Source: Tubulanus polymorphus (taxonomy: Eukaryota > Animalia > Nemertea). Taken from it: a DNA stretch of 64,000 bases. Of this stretch, positions 39,908 to 53,039 are shown piece after piece. Position numbers and translations under genes: made by a program. Under the pieces are notes generated by a model. It searched no databases. It was not told the origin of the DNA and saw only the letters and a program-made list of their open reading frames with translations. Within the stretch, counting starts at the first letter, position 1; each line of letters begins with the position of its first letter. The DNA lies in assembly GCF_964204645.1 (NCBI RefSeq), contig NC_134026.1, positions 25,764,150-25,828,149 on the forward strand, read 5' to 3'.

Positions 39908-42900
39908 ATGATATCAGCGCTCGTGTCAAGAATAATTATGTAAGTATCGTTTTCATTCAACAACAAAATCAAATTCAATATTATTTATTACCATCTGGGC
40001 CCGTAGGCGTAATTTATCATATCTGTTCCAAAGTCTGTTGGCTTGTCTGTTTGATCTGTTCGTTCCATTTCTAATTGATATTTTATATAGATGCAACCAT
40101 GGAAAATCAACCGCCATCTTGAAGCATTTTTTATAGATTTCTAGTAATCAGGCTGCTCTCTGTCTGGCACAGTTGGCTGTCATTTCAGGCCATAGCGGTC
40201 TAATGTATTTTTACAGCAAAATAGTTCCAATCATGACAGTTGTATTGGCCAGTGAACAGGTGCAATCAATTCATCCATCTTTTCCTGGTTCTATATTTTT
40301 GATGTCTTGGAGGCAGCCATTTGAACAAATCGCATAATGATAATCAATGACCAATACTACTATACATAGGTTGAAGAAATCAATCAATACTAACTATACG
40401 TATCTTGTACATATATTCATAGTTGTCTATACATATATTTTTTTTAAATCAACACAATTGGTTGCAGCTGATATAGTCTGATAGCAGATGTTTTAACATC
40501 AAAACACAGGCACAAATATGAGTATTAAACCTTTCACTCCTTAGGATTAATTTCAGGCAGTCACTCACTTGAAATGTCTATGTCTGTTACCTAACTAAAT
40601 TAAAAAGTTATTGGGTGACTCAACAATTAATTAATTGATTATTAGGTGTGTAATTTGAATGTTAAAAAAAAGCTGCGCTCAAGTGAGAACTATGCAATCT
40701 TGTATAGACTTATGCAATTGATCGTAATGATATGTCTACCTTCATGAAGGGCATTTATGAAAGGTTTTCATTTAGTATGAATAACAATGTTTTAATAGGG
40801 ACCTATTTATAGTGATACTTTATATCAACGGTATTGCGTTATTGGTAACTAAGCATTACACTAGATGGCGGCACTTGCCAGTGAGCACAGAATATCGTTG
40901 TTAGTGAAAAAGTTGAATATGTTTCAAAGGCAATTGTGATATCTATGCATATTTAATAGGCCTATAACTGTTAAGTGAGACATTATGTCTATAGTCAAAT
41001 TTTAAATGACTTTTGAAGTCAAGGTTTTAAAGAGTCTATAAAATGTCTTTGATGTTTTGATTTATTTGATAATCTTGCCTTCGTAAGTGAGGAAATCCTT
41101 CCTGACTCGAGAGTTTGTGTTAGAGCAAGTAATGGTTGTGTAAGATATATTTGATGAAAGATGATCTTGTTGATTAAAGGTTAGAGAAGCAGTAATACTG
41201 TTCTCTTGACCGCAGCATCTGATAAATACATTCTTCCTGCAGTCAGCCTATTGAAAAGATGGATTAAACACTCGTCTTCAGCTAGGATGGGTATAATTCA
41301 TTGATTAGATTCCGATGGATTCAGTTTTTACAGAGTTTTCGAATGAAATTGTGAAGGTTGTGAAATCTAACTATGCGATAGAAGATTGCATTGAATTAGC
41401 TAAACTGATCTAGGATTGGTTTCGATATATTTAGTGAATGCATGTGTCTATTGAATTGATTAAATGAAGGTTTTGTAGGTAGGAATTAGTAAAAACAGGC
41501 TGATATTTGCCTTTTCTTTTAGGTGGTACTGATCAACCCCTCTGTAACTAGGATGGGGGTGTTAGATAAGATATCCCTTTTAATACTTGGGTTTTCAGTA
41601 AGAGTTTAGACTAATTAAATTTCTCCTTGTAGATTTCAGGGTGACATAAATTCGGTACTGACCTATCAAGTATGAACACTTCGGTCCGAACTGTAGAACA
41701 GAAAAATGACTGTAATCATTGTTATGTAATATAATAAGCTGTAATAGAGGAAATTGTGTTAATCGCTGATAAGGCTTCATCTGTGCATTTACTCTCAATA
41801 AATTGTTATTTGTAATGGCCAATTTTATCCAATTAGTTAAATCAGAAATATTATTCATCCAGGAATCCAGGCCTTGCTCTACTGCATATGCGTAGTTATC
41901 TTCTATAACCAAGTAGCTGTGTTCAGGGAAACAGTCAGCAAGTTGTGTATGCATCCGTCTACGTAGTTTTTCTCGGTATAGGGAGGTCAAGCTGGGAGCA
42001 CCTTGTGGGGGTTGATTTGGATTTAACCAATGTATAGGGAAAAAATGCTGGATTTTGCTGGTCGGATTATAATGTAAGTTTTATTCTTTTGATATCTATT
42101 AAAAGACTTAGAGCAAAAACTTCTTACAAAACGTATCTATCATCTTAGTCATTACTGTAAGGTGGTTAAGGAGATGAATATATCAGGCGTGCGTGAGTTG
42201 GTTTGGAAAAAGGATTCAACAGTAGGATCCATTTTATGTTTGAGTTTATTTTCAGTGAACTTACGTAGAAGATTCATAGCTGCTGGACAGTAGTTATCTC
42301 GTCCAAAATGAGCTAAGATAGGAACTTAATTTCATCGGGTTTTAGGAACAAAATTTTTGCCCAGATTGTGTTAGATTTAGTTTAACGCAACCAGACTGGA
42401 TACAATCAAATATCCATAGATTTTTCTTACTGTGTTAGGTAAGAGGGTTTTTAATATAGTGAGGCCACATACAATAGCTCACTATACTACATTATTAAAC
42501 CTTTGAAACATAAGAAAAAAAGTTCTTCAAAATCCTGGTGAAGTTGTGTTACAACTTGTCCTATAATATTTGTTACAACTTGAAAGCATTTATACTTATC
42601 AGAAATCAAATATTGTGCTGAAAGCTCATTCGTTAGATTTGAAGTGTAAAAAAGAGAGACCACGGTCTGAAAACTTATCTTTAAAAGCTTTCGATAAAGA
42701 TCTTCAGACTTCAATTGATCGTTAGTGATATTCAATGCAATCTTTTTAGACTAAGAGGAATAAGCAATGGAAACAAGTGTTCGGCATCAAACCAAATGTG
42801 TTTGAACTTAACTTTCGATTCGGTTTCATACGCGACAACGAGATTTTGTTACCCCTGTCAGCAACATGAGTCCTAAATGGCTTTGAAATCGAACTGCCAA

Positions 42901-45900
42901 TTTGTGTATGGATTTACAGCTCATGAACATATGATCCAATAGCTACTGATGTCACAGATTTCATCATTGCCTGACTGGAGTCAAAAAATGTTTGACGTGT
43001 ATTGGTTTTAAACAGTGGCTGTGGAGTATTGGCCAAATTCACATCAACTCTGGAAGCTATATATTGTTTCGTTCATTAAAATACGTCCAACTGTGACTGA
43101 ACTGTAATTGTTAAGTGTTTCACCACATTTCTTTGAAATGCTGAAATTGCTGTAAAATTGAAAGCAAACAGTTCTACTAGATTTGTATTTGGAACAAGAA
43201 CACTTCTACTTGATTGTTGTGCGCATATATTAAAATTGGTGCCTCGGTCGCATAACTGTGAGCTATTTATAATTGGGGACCTTTACTATGTGGTGCATAT
43301 ATATCCCAATCCAGTATGAAGACAACACCATTGACTGAGACAAAGAATGATCATAGAATAGTGATTAGGAATAAGATCAGCGATCAAAATAGGCTCTCAT
43401 ATCTGTGATTGGAATATATCAGTGATTTTAGACTAAGATTTGTGTATCTAATAAGTTACGAATTGGTCACTTGACAGAACAAAGACGTTTCGATGGATAT
43501 CAAATTCGGATGGATTCCATGAATTTCAGTAGTAGCGAAACCGTGAACGTGAACTAGTCCTCGATGGTGTCAGACTTGTGGTGGGATTGTATTTATAAAA
43601 TGATTGTGACGTTTTTGTATATGTGTTTCAGACTAGTGTTTGGCACGTTATACCCTGCCTACAGATCATACAAGGCAGTAAAAACGAAAAACGTCAAAGA
43701 ATACGTAAGTATAACTGTGAAATATTCATGTGAAATATTCTGAGGATACATTGTAAATATATAGAATGTAACTGGAGACCTATCTCAGAAGTTTTGACAA
43801 AATTCTGTTGGCCATTGTGCAAGGCTGCGAAATAACCATATAAGTGTTTTAAGCTTACGCTTCTATGAAATAAGTAAGGAACTCTAGTTTAGTACAGCCA
43901 ACGAGCAATCTGTGTGTGCTAGAGTAGGTACAGCAGATACTGTAGTCTATGCTTCTGTACAGCTACTGCATAACGGTTACTACTGTCTTAAGATGTAAAC
44001 ACTACCAGTAAAACTGATAAACTACCTGTTTCTGATCTGGCATCTTACACCTGGCTTTCTGTATATCTTGCTTTTAGTACATCAAGCTCCAGTGCTGAGA
44101 TGAATCTCTGCTTTTAGTACATCAAGCTCCAGTGCTGAGATGAATCTCAAAATTTGTTTTGACTGCCTGAAGATCTAAACCTTAGTAAATTGGGTTACAT
44201 GAATTTATTTTTTATTTCAGGTAAAATGGATGATGTATTGGATTGTATTTGCCTTATTTACTTGTGTTGAAACTTTTTCCGATGTCATCCTTTGTTGGTG
44301 AGTAACAGTAATATTATTGTAAGCACTGGAGGCCTCGGGTAATTTGGTGCAATAGATCGTTCATCTTCTGCAAATATTTTGAAGGCTCTATAATCGAGTG
44401 AGATCTTTGAGAGTGTAGTTTTACCACAGCCATATTTCATCTGTTATAGTATATCTTGGTAACTTTCTGTTCCTTTCTCACACAACGCGGTGTATAGATA
44501 TAGTCTATTAACAGGTGTGTTCAGAAACAACTTTCCTATTCAGATTTATCAGAAACATTCATTGATAGAGAAGAAAATTAATGTATCAAAGAATAAGTGC
44601 TTGCGGCTCAAAGCAGTTGGGTGTTTTTATGTAGAAAGAATTGTGAAACGATTTATTACCACTTCAATTGTAATCCATGACATATTTGTTTTTTAGGCTT
44701 CCATTTTATTATGAAATTAAGATAGTATTTGTGATATGGCTGTTATCTCCTGCAACCAGGGGCTCCAGCATACTGTACAGAAAATTTGTCCATCCGCAGC
44801 TTATGAAACGAGAAAAGGTTCGTTTGATAAAGAGAGGAAATTTAATACAAATCATAATAATGTATATAAATGTACAAAGAAAAAGAAGGAATTCTAGAAT
44901 ATTTTGTTCTTCATTTTAGGACATAGATGAATATATTGCTCAAGCTACTGATAAAGGCTGCGCTGCACTTTTCACAATTGGAACCAAGGGACTCAATTTC
45001 GCTGCTAATACAGTGCTTACTACGGCTATGAAAGTAAGCAGCACAACACCTCGTTAATTGAGCAGTTTTTGTCGCATCCATGAAAATACAGTAATTGTTT
45101 TTATTTGATATCAGGGCCAAAGTACATTAGTGGACCACATTCGACGTAGTTACAGTATGAATGACATATCTGAACCTCAATCCAGACCCAGACCGGTTTC
45201 AGTCGATGAAACGATTGATGAAACAGGTAAAGAACCATTCGATGACCGGTACTCGAATCTGCTCTCAACATTTAGAATTTTTCACGCCAGTTGAATTCTG
45301 TTTTGCAGATAATCGTTTCTCTGAAGATGAAGATGCCTTTTATCAAGAAGAACTCAACCGATCAACTCAACAACCCCAACGATACCAATATACAGCTAAA
45401 TCAGGTATATCATCTACCACTAGTAAGAAGATAACTAAAGGTATATTTAAACAGTTTCCTCATCCTGGCATGGTTAGTTTTTATTAGTTTTCGCTTTTAT
45501 TTCGATCTTTTAAGGTTTTTTGAATACTTTAGTACATAATATATTATTCAATCTTTGATTTCGTGATCATTGCTATTTAATTTGTGAAATAACTGTATAG
45601 TGAATTTTTATGTTATGTTTATTTTATTAGCCGTTATACATACAACAATTTCTGTTCTTTTCTAGGTTATGATAAAGACTCACAGTATGATCCTTTGTCA
45701 CCTAAAACTACGGCGACATCAGCTCAACAAAGACGCACATATACAAGAGAAGTAAGCTTTATTTTGTCATCTCATAGCTTCTTCAAAAAAACCTTCATGG
45801 AGTAATCTCATTAATGTACAATTATTCAATTTTCTTGAAAACCTTCATGGAGTAATCTCATTGGTGTACAATTATTCAATTGCTTGTTTTATAGTTTTTG

Positions 45901-48648
45901 TATAGTGAAAGGGCTCATTACCTGCAGAAATAAGTAAGATTATACACATGCCTAGTATATCCACTTTTTAATATGCTATAAACAAAGAACTATACACTGA
46001 TATATGAATATCTATCTACATATGAAATAGAAATGTGTTTCAACAATTTCTAGCGATTTAGGAATTAAATGAAAACACAAACTTTAGATATGATATCATA
46101 GCAAAGTCTGTTTTATTCACTCTCTGAATTGCCTAAGAGTATTTCAATCTCGAGAACTGGGAAGTTATACAAAGATTACTAAGCAAATGTGTAGACCATT
46201 TGTCTAATTCTGAGAAAGTGAACAAGAATATCCACGAACTGCATTGTATATTTAGGCACGACTTGTGACCCCCGGCCGCGTTCAAGCGGTTGCATCTAAA
46301 TTCAACGATGACAGTTGGCTCACAAGATTAAACTACTGGAAGTGAAGTAATGATTCCTATTTCTCTTGGCATCTCTTTGTGAAGTTATTTTTTCCACCAA
46401 TTCATTTGGCCTTGGACTTCATGTGGATAAGGAATCTGTAGTAATACAAACAAATTGTATAGCGTTTACATGCGCAAATGAATTGGTGGAACTGATATTG
46501 ATGCTTAGCTTGTCCCTGACTAACAACTATATTATAAATACATCTATTTGCGTGTGCACACTACACCTCAAACAGAAACTTATACAGAAGGAAGTATTAG
46601 TTTCTATGTATAATGATGACTTCTGATTTACTCATCAATACTCATGTTTATCTAAAGGATGATAGAAAGATTGCTTCAGCCAGGATATCGGATGAAGAAC
46701 TGATGCATCCAATTTCACTTGGATGAGTTGCACGATTATCTTGTTTTATGTAATTAATGCCCAGACGCCAATGTTCAGCTTTTGGCAGGCACTACGTATG
46801 TCTCTGTTGATTCCAGGACCTCTCCCACCTTATTTACAACTGAGATATTTTCTTATGATAACATTGATTGTTGAATACAGGCGATGCCGACAATTACAGA
46901 AGAAGCGCATGCCCGTAGATCCCCTAAAAACGTGGAAAAAAAGTTGGCAAACAAAGAGCAAAATAAAGTGATAAAAAGCTCACTTGGTAAAAGTGAATGT
47001 CATACTAAATCTACTGGTTCTATTGGAAAAAATGTCCGAAGACAAGGTTCGAAAAAAACCAAAAAGAAGGGATCTTCTGAAAGTTTAACTGATGCTTCTG
47101 AGGAGAGAGTAGTTCCGCAAACATCTGATGAAAATCTTTTGGGTCTTGACGAAAGTGTTACAGCTACGGCAACTGATAAAACAAGAAGAGACTCAGAAAG
47201 TTCCACAGTATCTGAAGATGCAACTAGTGATTCAAATTTGAAAAGAAAAGGTTCAAAAAAGAAGCAAACCACCATTGATACAAAATGTGAAGAACCAGCT
47301 GATGACGAGTGGGAAGCTCGTAAGAAAGCAGTTAGTGATTTTTGGACTGCTGTTACCAAGTCGGTATGAGACGTTTCAATTTTCGGTTATCAGTTGTTAT
47401 TGAAGGATAGATAACGTAGATATATTCTGTTAGAATATTCTGATCTTGGTGATTGGTATGAAACAGGACTCAGATATACATTGTATGGTGAAGGGTATTT
47501 TCGCCATTATGTATCAGCCATTATCTACGCCTATACTCTAGACAGCTGCGGAGAAACTTTTGCTTATTTCATTTGGACAAGATTTAGTTGATGTTTTGTG
47601 GGCTTTTCATACAACGCGGTCTCCGTGGCTTCGGAAGGTAGTTTCCTTAAGCATGGAGTTTTTTTACACACCCTGTAGTGGAGCATGTTTTAGAATGGTT
47701 TCTACAAATGTTTTTTAATTTCCATGTATTGATTTAATCACAGATTCACTGCTTGAATTTCACTGATACAATGTTGAATGTGATGAAAGTAACATGTAAT
47801 TTTCATGGAAATAGAAAACTATTTAAGTAAATTAATGAAATTTTATTCCGTATGACATTTTAGGTGAAGAAATCTATGAAGAACAATAACAACAAATAAG
47901 ATGGGTGAGGCTTAAGCCCTTAAAGGGTTCACACACCACCCTTTTGCACATACCCTTATTACTGGTTATTCGGTATTATTTAGATTAAGGTGGAGAGTCA
48001 ACCCTTCAGATCTTATCACATTGATGTTACATTACAACTCATCTTTCAGATAAGCATCTGTGAAAAAAAGTCTGTCGTGTTTTAACAGATTAGCATGGAT
48101 TCTCAATTCTGAATGAAAGATTGATAGTCCATGTTTATAGTGTTTTGATTTCCTTCATTCTGGCAAGTGAATAACAATTGATAGGAAGGTTTTTAATCTA
48201 GAAAATAAGTTTTTTTAAGAACTCTTTTATCTTATCTTTTGTTTGAATATCAGTCTTGATTGGGCCAGTTGCCCAAAGGTGGTTAAAGATAACCGACGCA
48301 TAAATACCATAGTAACGATGAACTTTTAATTGTCACTATGCCAACTATCCACTGGTTAACTCTAACCAACTTTAGAGCAACTGGTCCCTGGTTCTAACGT
48401 GTGCTTTTATGTAAGATTACTGTTCTACTGTCTGTCACTCCATTTTTATGTATTTTAACAGAGTTACATAAAAATGTTTACGCATATCTATCTATCTGTA
48501 TACGCAAAGTGTGCTTAGATTGATTTTCTCTTCATTGGACAGTTTATTCCAATTTTATAATTTTTACTTACAGAGTTATGAGTATGAGTCGCAAACTTTG
48601 CCGCGAATGACAAGATCTCGAGCACGAGCCACATACTATATGGATTAG
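39908..48648 (+). CDS. REEP: Receptor expression-enhancing protein, REEP1-4 subfamily (ER-shaping, microtubule-binding), with alternative 3' exons
   Basis: Exons 39908-39939 ([10 protein letters not shown]), 43632-43704 ([24 protein letters not shown]), 44221-44297 ([14 protein letters not shown]), 44697-44817 ([35 protein letters not shown]), 44920-45033, 45115-45226 (RRSYSMNDI), 45309-45440, 45666-45751. Then phase-0 exons 46881-47363 (+47864-47899) and/or 48574-48648 ([24 protein letters not shown]). The first six exons are certain; the 3' exons are inferred. Confidence 0.92.
40858..40874 (+). promoter_or_regulatory. CTCF-like site in REEP intron 1
   Basis: ACACTAGATGGCGGCAC closely matches the CTCF core CCACYAGRTGGCRSYA; motif match only. 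Confidence 0.5.
40990..42780 (-). pseudogene. Decayed intronless coding-like segment nested antisense in REEP intron 1 (origin unknown)
   Basis: Minus-strand ORFs 42487-42735 and 41595-41990 plus intervening stretches that translate as protein-like sequence broken by isolated stops and frameshifts; no family recognised. Confidence 0.35.
44069..44148. repeat. Perfect 40-bp tandem duplication in REEP intron 2
   Basis: TGCTTTTAGTACATCAAGCTCCAGTGCTGAGATGAATCTC at 44069-44108 and 44109-44148. Confidence 0.95.
45787..45881. repeat. ~51-bp tandem duplication in REEP intron 8
   Basis: AAAACCTTCATGGAGTAATCTCATT(AA/GG)TGTACAATTATTCAATT at ~45787 and ~45838. Confidence 0.9.
48262..48388. mobile_element. 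~127-bp MITE with ~33-bp imperfect terminal inverted repeats
   Basis: Left GGGCCAGTTGCCCAAAGGTGGTTAAAGATAACC versus reverse complement of the right end GGGACCAGTTGCTCTAAAGTTGGTTAGAGTTAACC. Confidence 0.75.
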
Positions 48649-50949
48649 CAATGTGTCCGGAGTGGTCAAGTCAGTCATGCCTCTTTGCACCTGTATTTTT
48701 GTCTGTGATGCTGTTACCAGGGACACCGACATCTGATTCATGCCTTCAATTTGTTGTACATAATAAGGAACAATTTTTGAATCTCAGTTGGAGAGGAATG
48801 TATCAAATAAGAATAATTAATTAGTCAAATTTAAACCATTTATACTGTATTGGTACTTGTAAACAGTTAGTGTGGGAATCTTCTCGACGCATAGTACCCC
48901 CATAACTAATGTCTCTTGGTTTGGGTATTTCAGAAATGTATTATGGAGTTAACTGGTGTCAAAACTTGAAACATATCAGTCATTATCACACAATGCTTGA
49001 CTTTTCGTTTTTAAGCCCTGTGAGCACTGATGAATTAGTGCTCAAAAGGGTTCGTAATAATTTGTTAATATGATTATGGTTTAGCATTATGATTTGCACA
49101 ACGTGATCGATTTATCATTAAGAATTGATAATATGTAATGTATGTATTTCAATGTTTAGCCATATTTTTGTAATGAAAATTGTCTATTTCTGCCTAACTT
49201 ATATTTATGTAACCTATTAACTTATTTATCTATTCTTTCATTCATTCAACATATTGAATTTCTTCTGCAGCATATGTCAATGATATTAATTTTTCTTCAT
49301 GTGTAAATTAAGGATTTAAACATTGTTTAAGGGATAGAACAGAGGCTATGGAATAAAGGATATTGGACACATGAAATATAGAATAAAATGCCCTCCAACT
49401 TCTACTAGGTGTGTAAGGAAACAAAATATTCTAGCTAAAATGGATGCTGGACATGCCATGCTGGACTTGCATACACTGTTCTTTTCGTAGGCGATCCATT
49501 CTAATTTACTCTCAATTGTAAGATGGTGACTGGACAATTAATTAGCTGTTGGTTGTAATTTTACTTTTGAATGATTATGAATATCTGCTGCCAGGAGCCG
49601 TCCCAAATTAGTTTAAGCTATGTTGAGTGTCATTGTCAAACTCACCGTCCATGACTGAAATATAGCATGTTGAATTTGTGAAAACCTATGCATATTCAGT
49701 AAAAGATTTTAAGTTTTGTGAACAGGTTTTGTTAAATAAAGTATATTCAATTTTAATGCATGGAAGTATCACGCTAAGAAAAATAATTCAAAATTCATTA
49801 GGGTTCCGGTTGAACTTACCGGTGCTTTTATCTAATCATAAAAATGTGGAGGTGGCGATGATAGTACCTATTCCTTGCATAATAATATAAATTGGTAATG
49901 TTTAATCTTAATATAGCTTTTCGTTTAATGCATTTAAAAAACAATACATGAGATAAATTCATTCATTCTATGTCTCTTAATATGGTTTTCTTGAAATTTG
50001 TTAGTTCATTAGGCAATTGATAAAACATATCTAATTGATTTAACAATTCACCCACTACTTGGCACACGTGTAACCCTATTCTATAAACTTTGAAATTGAC
50101 TAATGGAAGCTTTGGCACGCAGTTATCAATGTTATGTAAAATGTATGAAAGAATGTATTCATCATTTTGTGGCTGTGATGAGAGTAGTGATGTATTATTA
50201 TAAGGGTATTGCTCTACTTGTATATAATAGACTTGTTTTATATTATCATATTATGTATGGATGGATACGGTTTTTCAATAAATGCTAACTATGCAGATAT
50301 TCAAGTAAAACATTGTTTTTCTTATCGCTGCATCCTACATTCAATTTAAAACTGGTTGAATGAATATCCTGCTGGAGTATTGTGAAAATGATGCAAATAT
50401 GAGACTGGTACCAGGGTCAGTATTGTACATTTGGTATTAGGTTGTTAGATCCTCCTGATCGCTATTTCAGCATGATTTAACTGAACACCTGATCACCAAG
50501 TAACGAAAATGCATGAATGAGTTTACTGGTGACAGATATTAACACAAATGTATAAATGATAAAATATACATGTATTTCAACGATAAAACAAGACATGCAG
50601 ACATATACAAAGATACAAAATACTCTGATTCATTTTAAGCATTTCACAGAAACAGATGAAGCACAAGTCACAAAATACAAAACAACTCTTCCTAAACAGA
50701 TCCTTAACAATGAACAGAAACAATTTCAGTAAACACTTCGATGAAATAAATAGGAAATGCAAATTTGAATAAGTATAATTTAAGAACTAGATTTTGTTTA
50801 CACTTAAGATACAGATGTAGAGATTCTGTATAAACAATAAGGACACAAAAGCTCAACGTAGGACAAGTTTGACAATAATTTCATTTTCCCGGAAGCTATG
50901 AACACTGAAACATGGACCTTACAGTTTCATTAACAAACTAATGCAGCAG

Positions 50950-52224
50950 CTATTGTTTCAATCGTTTTGGTGGGCGCGGTTTCTTCGGTGGATTCGTTGG
51001 ATGTGAACAGAACGGAGTCAGACGATAATCACATGTCAGCTGTACATTAATTACTGTTATATTAGCACCATCTACTACCAATGGAATACGACTGAGTACT
51101 TGATATTTAACATTTCTTATACCAGTTTTGTAATCACGTTTGCTAGTAACCTGGAATAAATGAATCTATTCATTAAGGATACTGACAATTTTGTAAATTA
51201 AGATATTTGAACACTTAACCATACTTGTTTTTGGTTTTCATATTTTGCAAAGTCTCGCTTGCGTTTATGTCTGTCATGGATATGGTAGAATGTCTCATAA
51301 CCGGTAGTAATTCCTTCAGGACGTCGAACCTAGTAAAATAGTTAAGACTAACTCATTATTCAAGTAGATTATTAAGCAATCTATGTATAATAACCAATAA
51401 ATTTACCTGAAGACCAGCTTGCATCATTCTTACATAAAATTCATCATCTTCTTTACCCCAACCCCAAAAAAGATTTGTTAATCCACCAACCTAAAACACA
51501 GAAAGGTTGTAATATGAACCTCACACTTTATGATATCTCAAATTCCAATTCAGATAGTGTAATAGGGCTGTACCTCATAGAAATGCTCTCTTGTGAGAAG
51601 TAAAATTCCGCCGACAAATTTTGGATAATGGTAAATAGGGTGTAGTTCAGGTGAAGATACATGAAACGGTCCTTCACCCGGGTAATCATAATTCAGATCT
51701 AAATTCAATGGTAATAGGTCTACATCATGCATAGCCATATAATCGCAATCATCTCCACTCTCTTTGACACCGATATTTATTAGAGAACCACGATTAAACC
51801 TATAAAAGGAATACAATCATAATATGGACTTTCAACTGCTGCAAATTAGATTTGTAGACGAATCTCATATCACAGAATTTACTCACCTGAAACTATCAGC
51901 TTGATTTATTACGTAAATATGATGGCGGATTTTCTTGCTGATTAGATACTTTTTCATGTAGGGAGCAAATTGCATCAGTTCATCAAATCTATCTCGGAAT
52001 GGGACGATAATGGCGAGTTTATGTTTACCCCAAATTGGATTATCATCGTCTGGTTGAATAGATTTGTCTAACAGTTGCTTATTGACTAACGGATTCAACA
52101 CCTGATTGTCGTTTGAAAGTTTGTAAAACATGAACGCCACCATGAATAACGTAAGAGTTATAGCACTGATTGCTACTCTTTTCAAGGCTGTTATGCCACT
52201 GCATCTTCTTTTCTTCATTAACAT
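50950..52224 (-). CDS. B4GALT7: Beta-1,4-galactosyltransferase 7 (xylosylprotein 4-beta-galactosyltransferase), ~317 aa
   Basis: Exons 52224-51887, 51799-51574, 51490-51407, 51329-51225, 51150-50950, phase-consistent. Type II TM anchor, [46 protein letters not shown] (DVD), [52 protein letters not shown]. Confidence 0.96.
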
Positions 52225-52440
52225 TTATTCTCTTACCACCAACCTAAACAGTAAAATTCAATAAAAATGCATTGTTATTACCGATATCTTTTGCCAGCGA
52301 GTAGACTATATTAAAGTTATTTAACGCACATGAAATTGAAAATTGAGTAAGTAGTAGTAGACTTTTTTTAGGCCTAACTTGGCTAAAAATGTAAAAACTA
52401 AATAGGCTAAAGCAGCTTTCGAAAAAACAAGTTGCACGAT

Positions 52441-52624
52441 CACAGGGGCTCGTATCAGAGTTGTAGGTAATGTAAAAACGATAATCTGTTAATCCAATGT
52501 ATATAGTATATATAAAATAACTTATATATACTATATACATAAATAAATAAATAAATAATACATTGGATTAACAGATTATCGTTTTTACATTACCTACAAC
52601 TCTGTCCTGATACGAGCCCCTGTG
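52441..52624. mobile_element. 184-bp MITE with ~62-bp TIRs and perfect 8-bp target-site duplication
   Basis: Left arm CACAGGGGCTCGTATCAGAGTTGTAGG...AATCCAATGTA (52441-~52502) is the reverse complement of the right arm (~52559-52624, one small indel); AT-rich spacer; TGCACGAT flanks both ends (52433-52440 and 52625-52632). Confidence 0.9.
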
Positions 52625-53039
52625 TGCACGATTAGGAATGAATCAATTGACTTAATTTTAGGACTTTTTTACTCCCATAGTTTTACCACAATTTGCGTAC
52701 TTACCTTACCTTACACAGGGTATACGGGAGCATGAATTGAAAAGAAAGCTGTACACCCAAAAGCCAAATTCAACTATCGTGAAGTGAGCCTGTCATTCCA
52801 GCCTCGTATTCACATATAGTGTGTACACATTGAACAGCTGCATGTACATACTGGTTGATGTGAAATGTATAACCTAACGCTTTGACCTGACGAAACGACG
52901 ATCATTCAATGAAGTCACCGGGGCAGTAGAGTGCTCAATAATTGTTTTATATAATTCATTATTGTTTAATTAAAATATGAATTATTTTCGTAAATTTCAT
53001 AGAATCTCATCGAAATGTATCTTACATCAATAATACCTG

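Noticed and set aside
47000-47359. 119-aa minus-strand ORF
   Set aside because: Antisense shadow of the charged REEP-associated exon 46881-47363.
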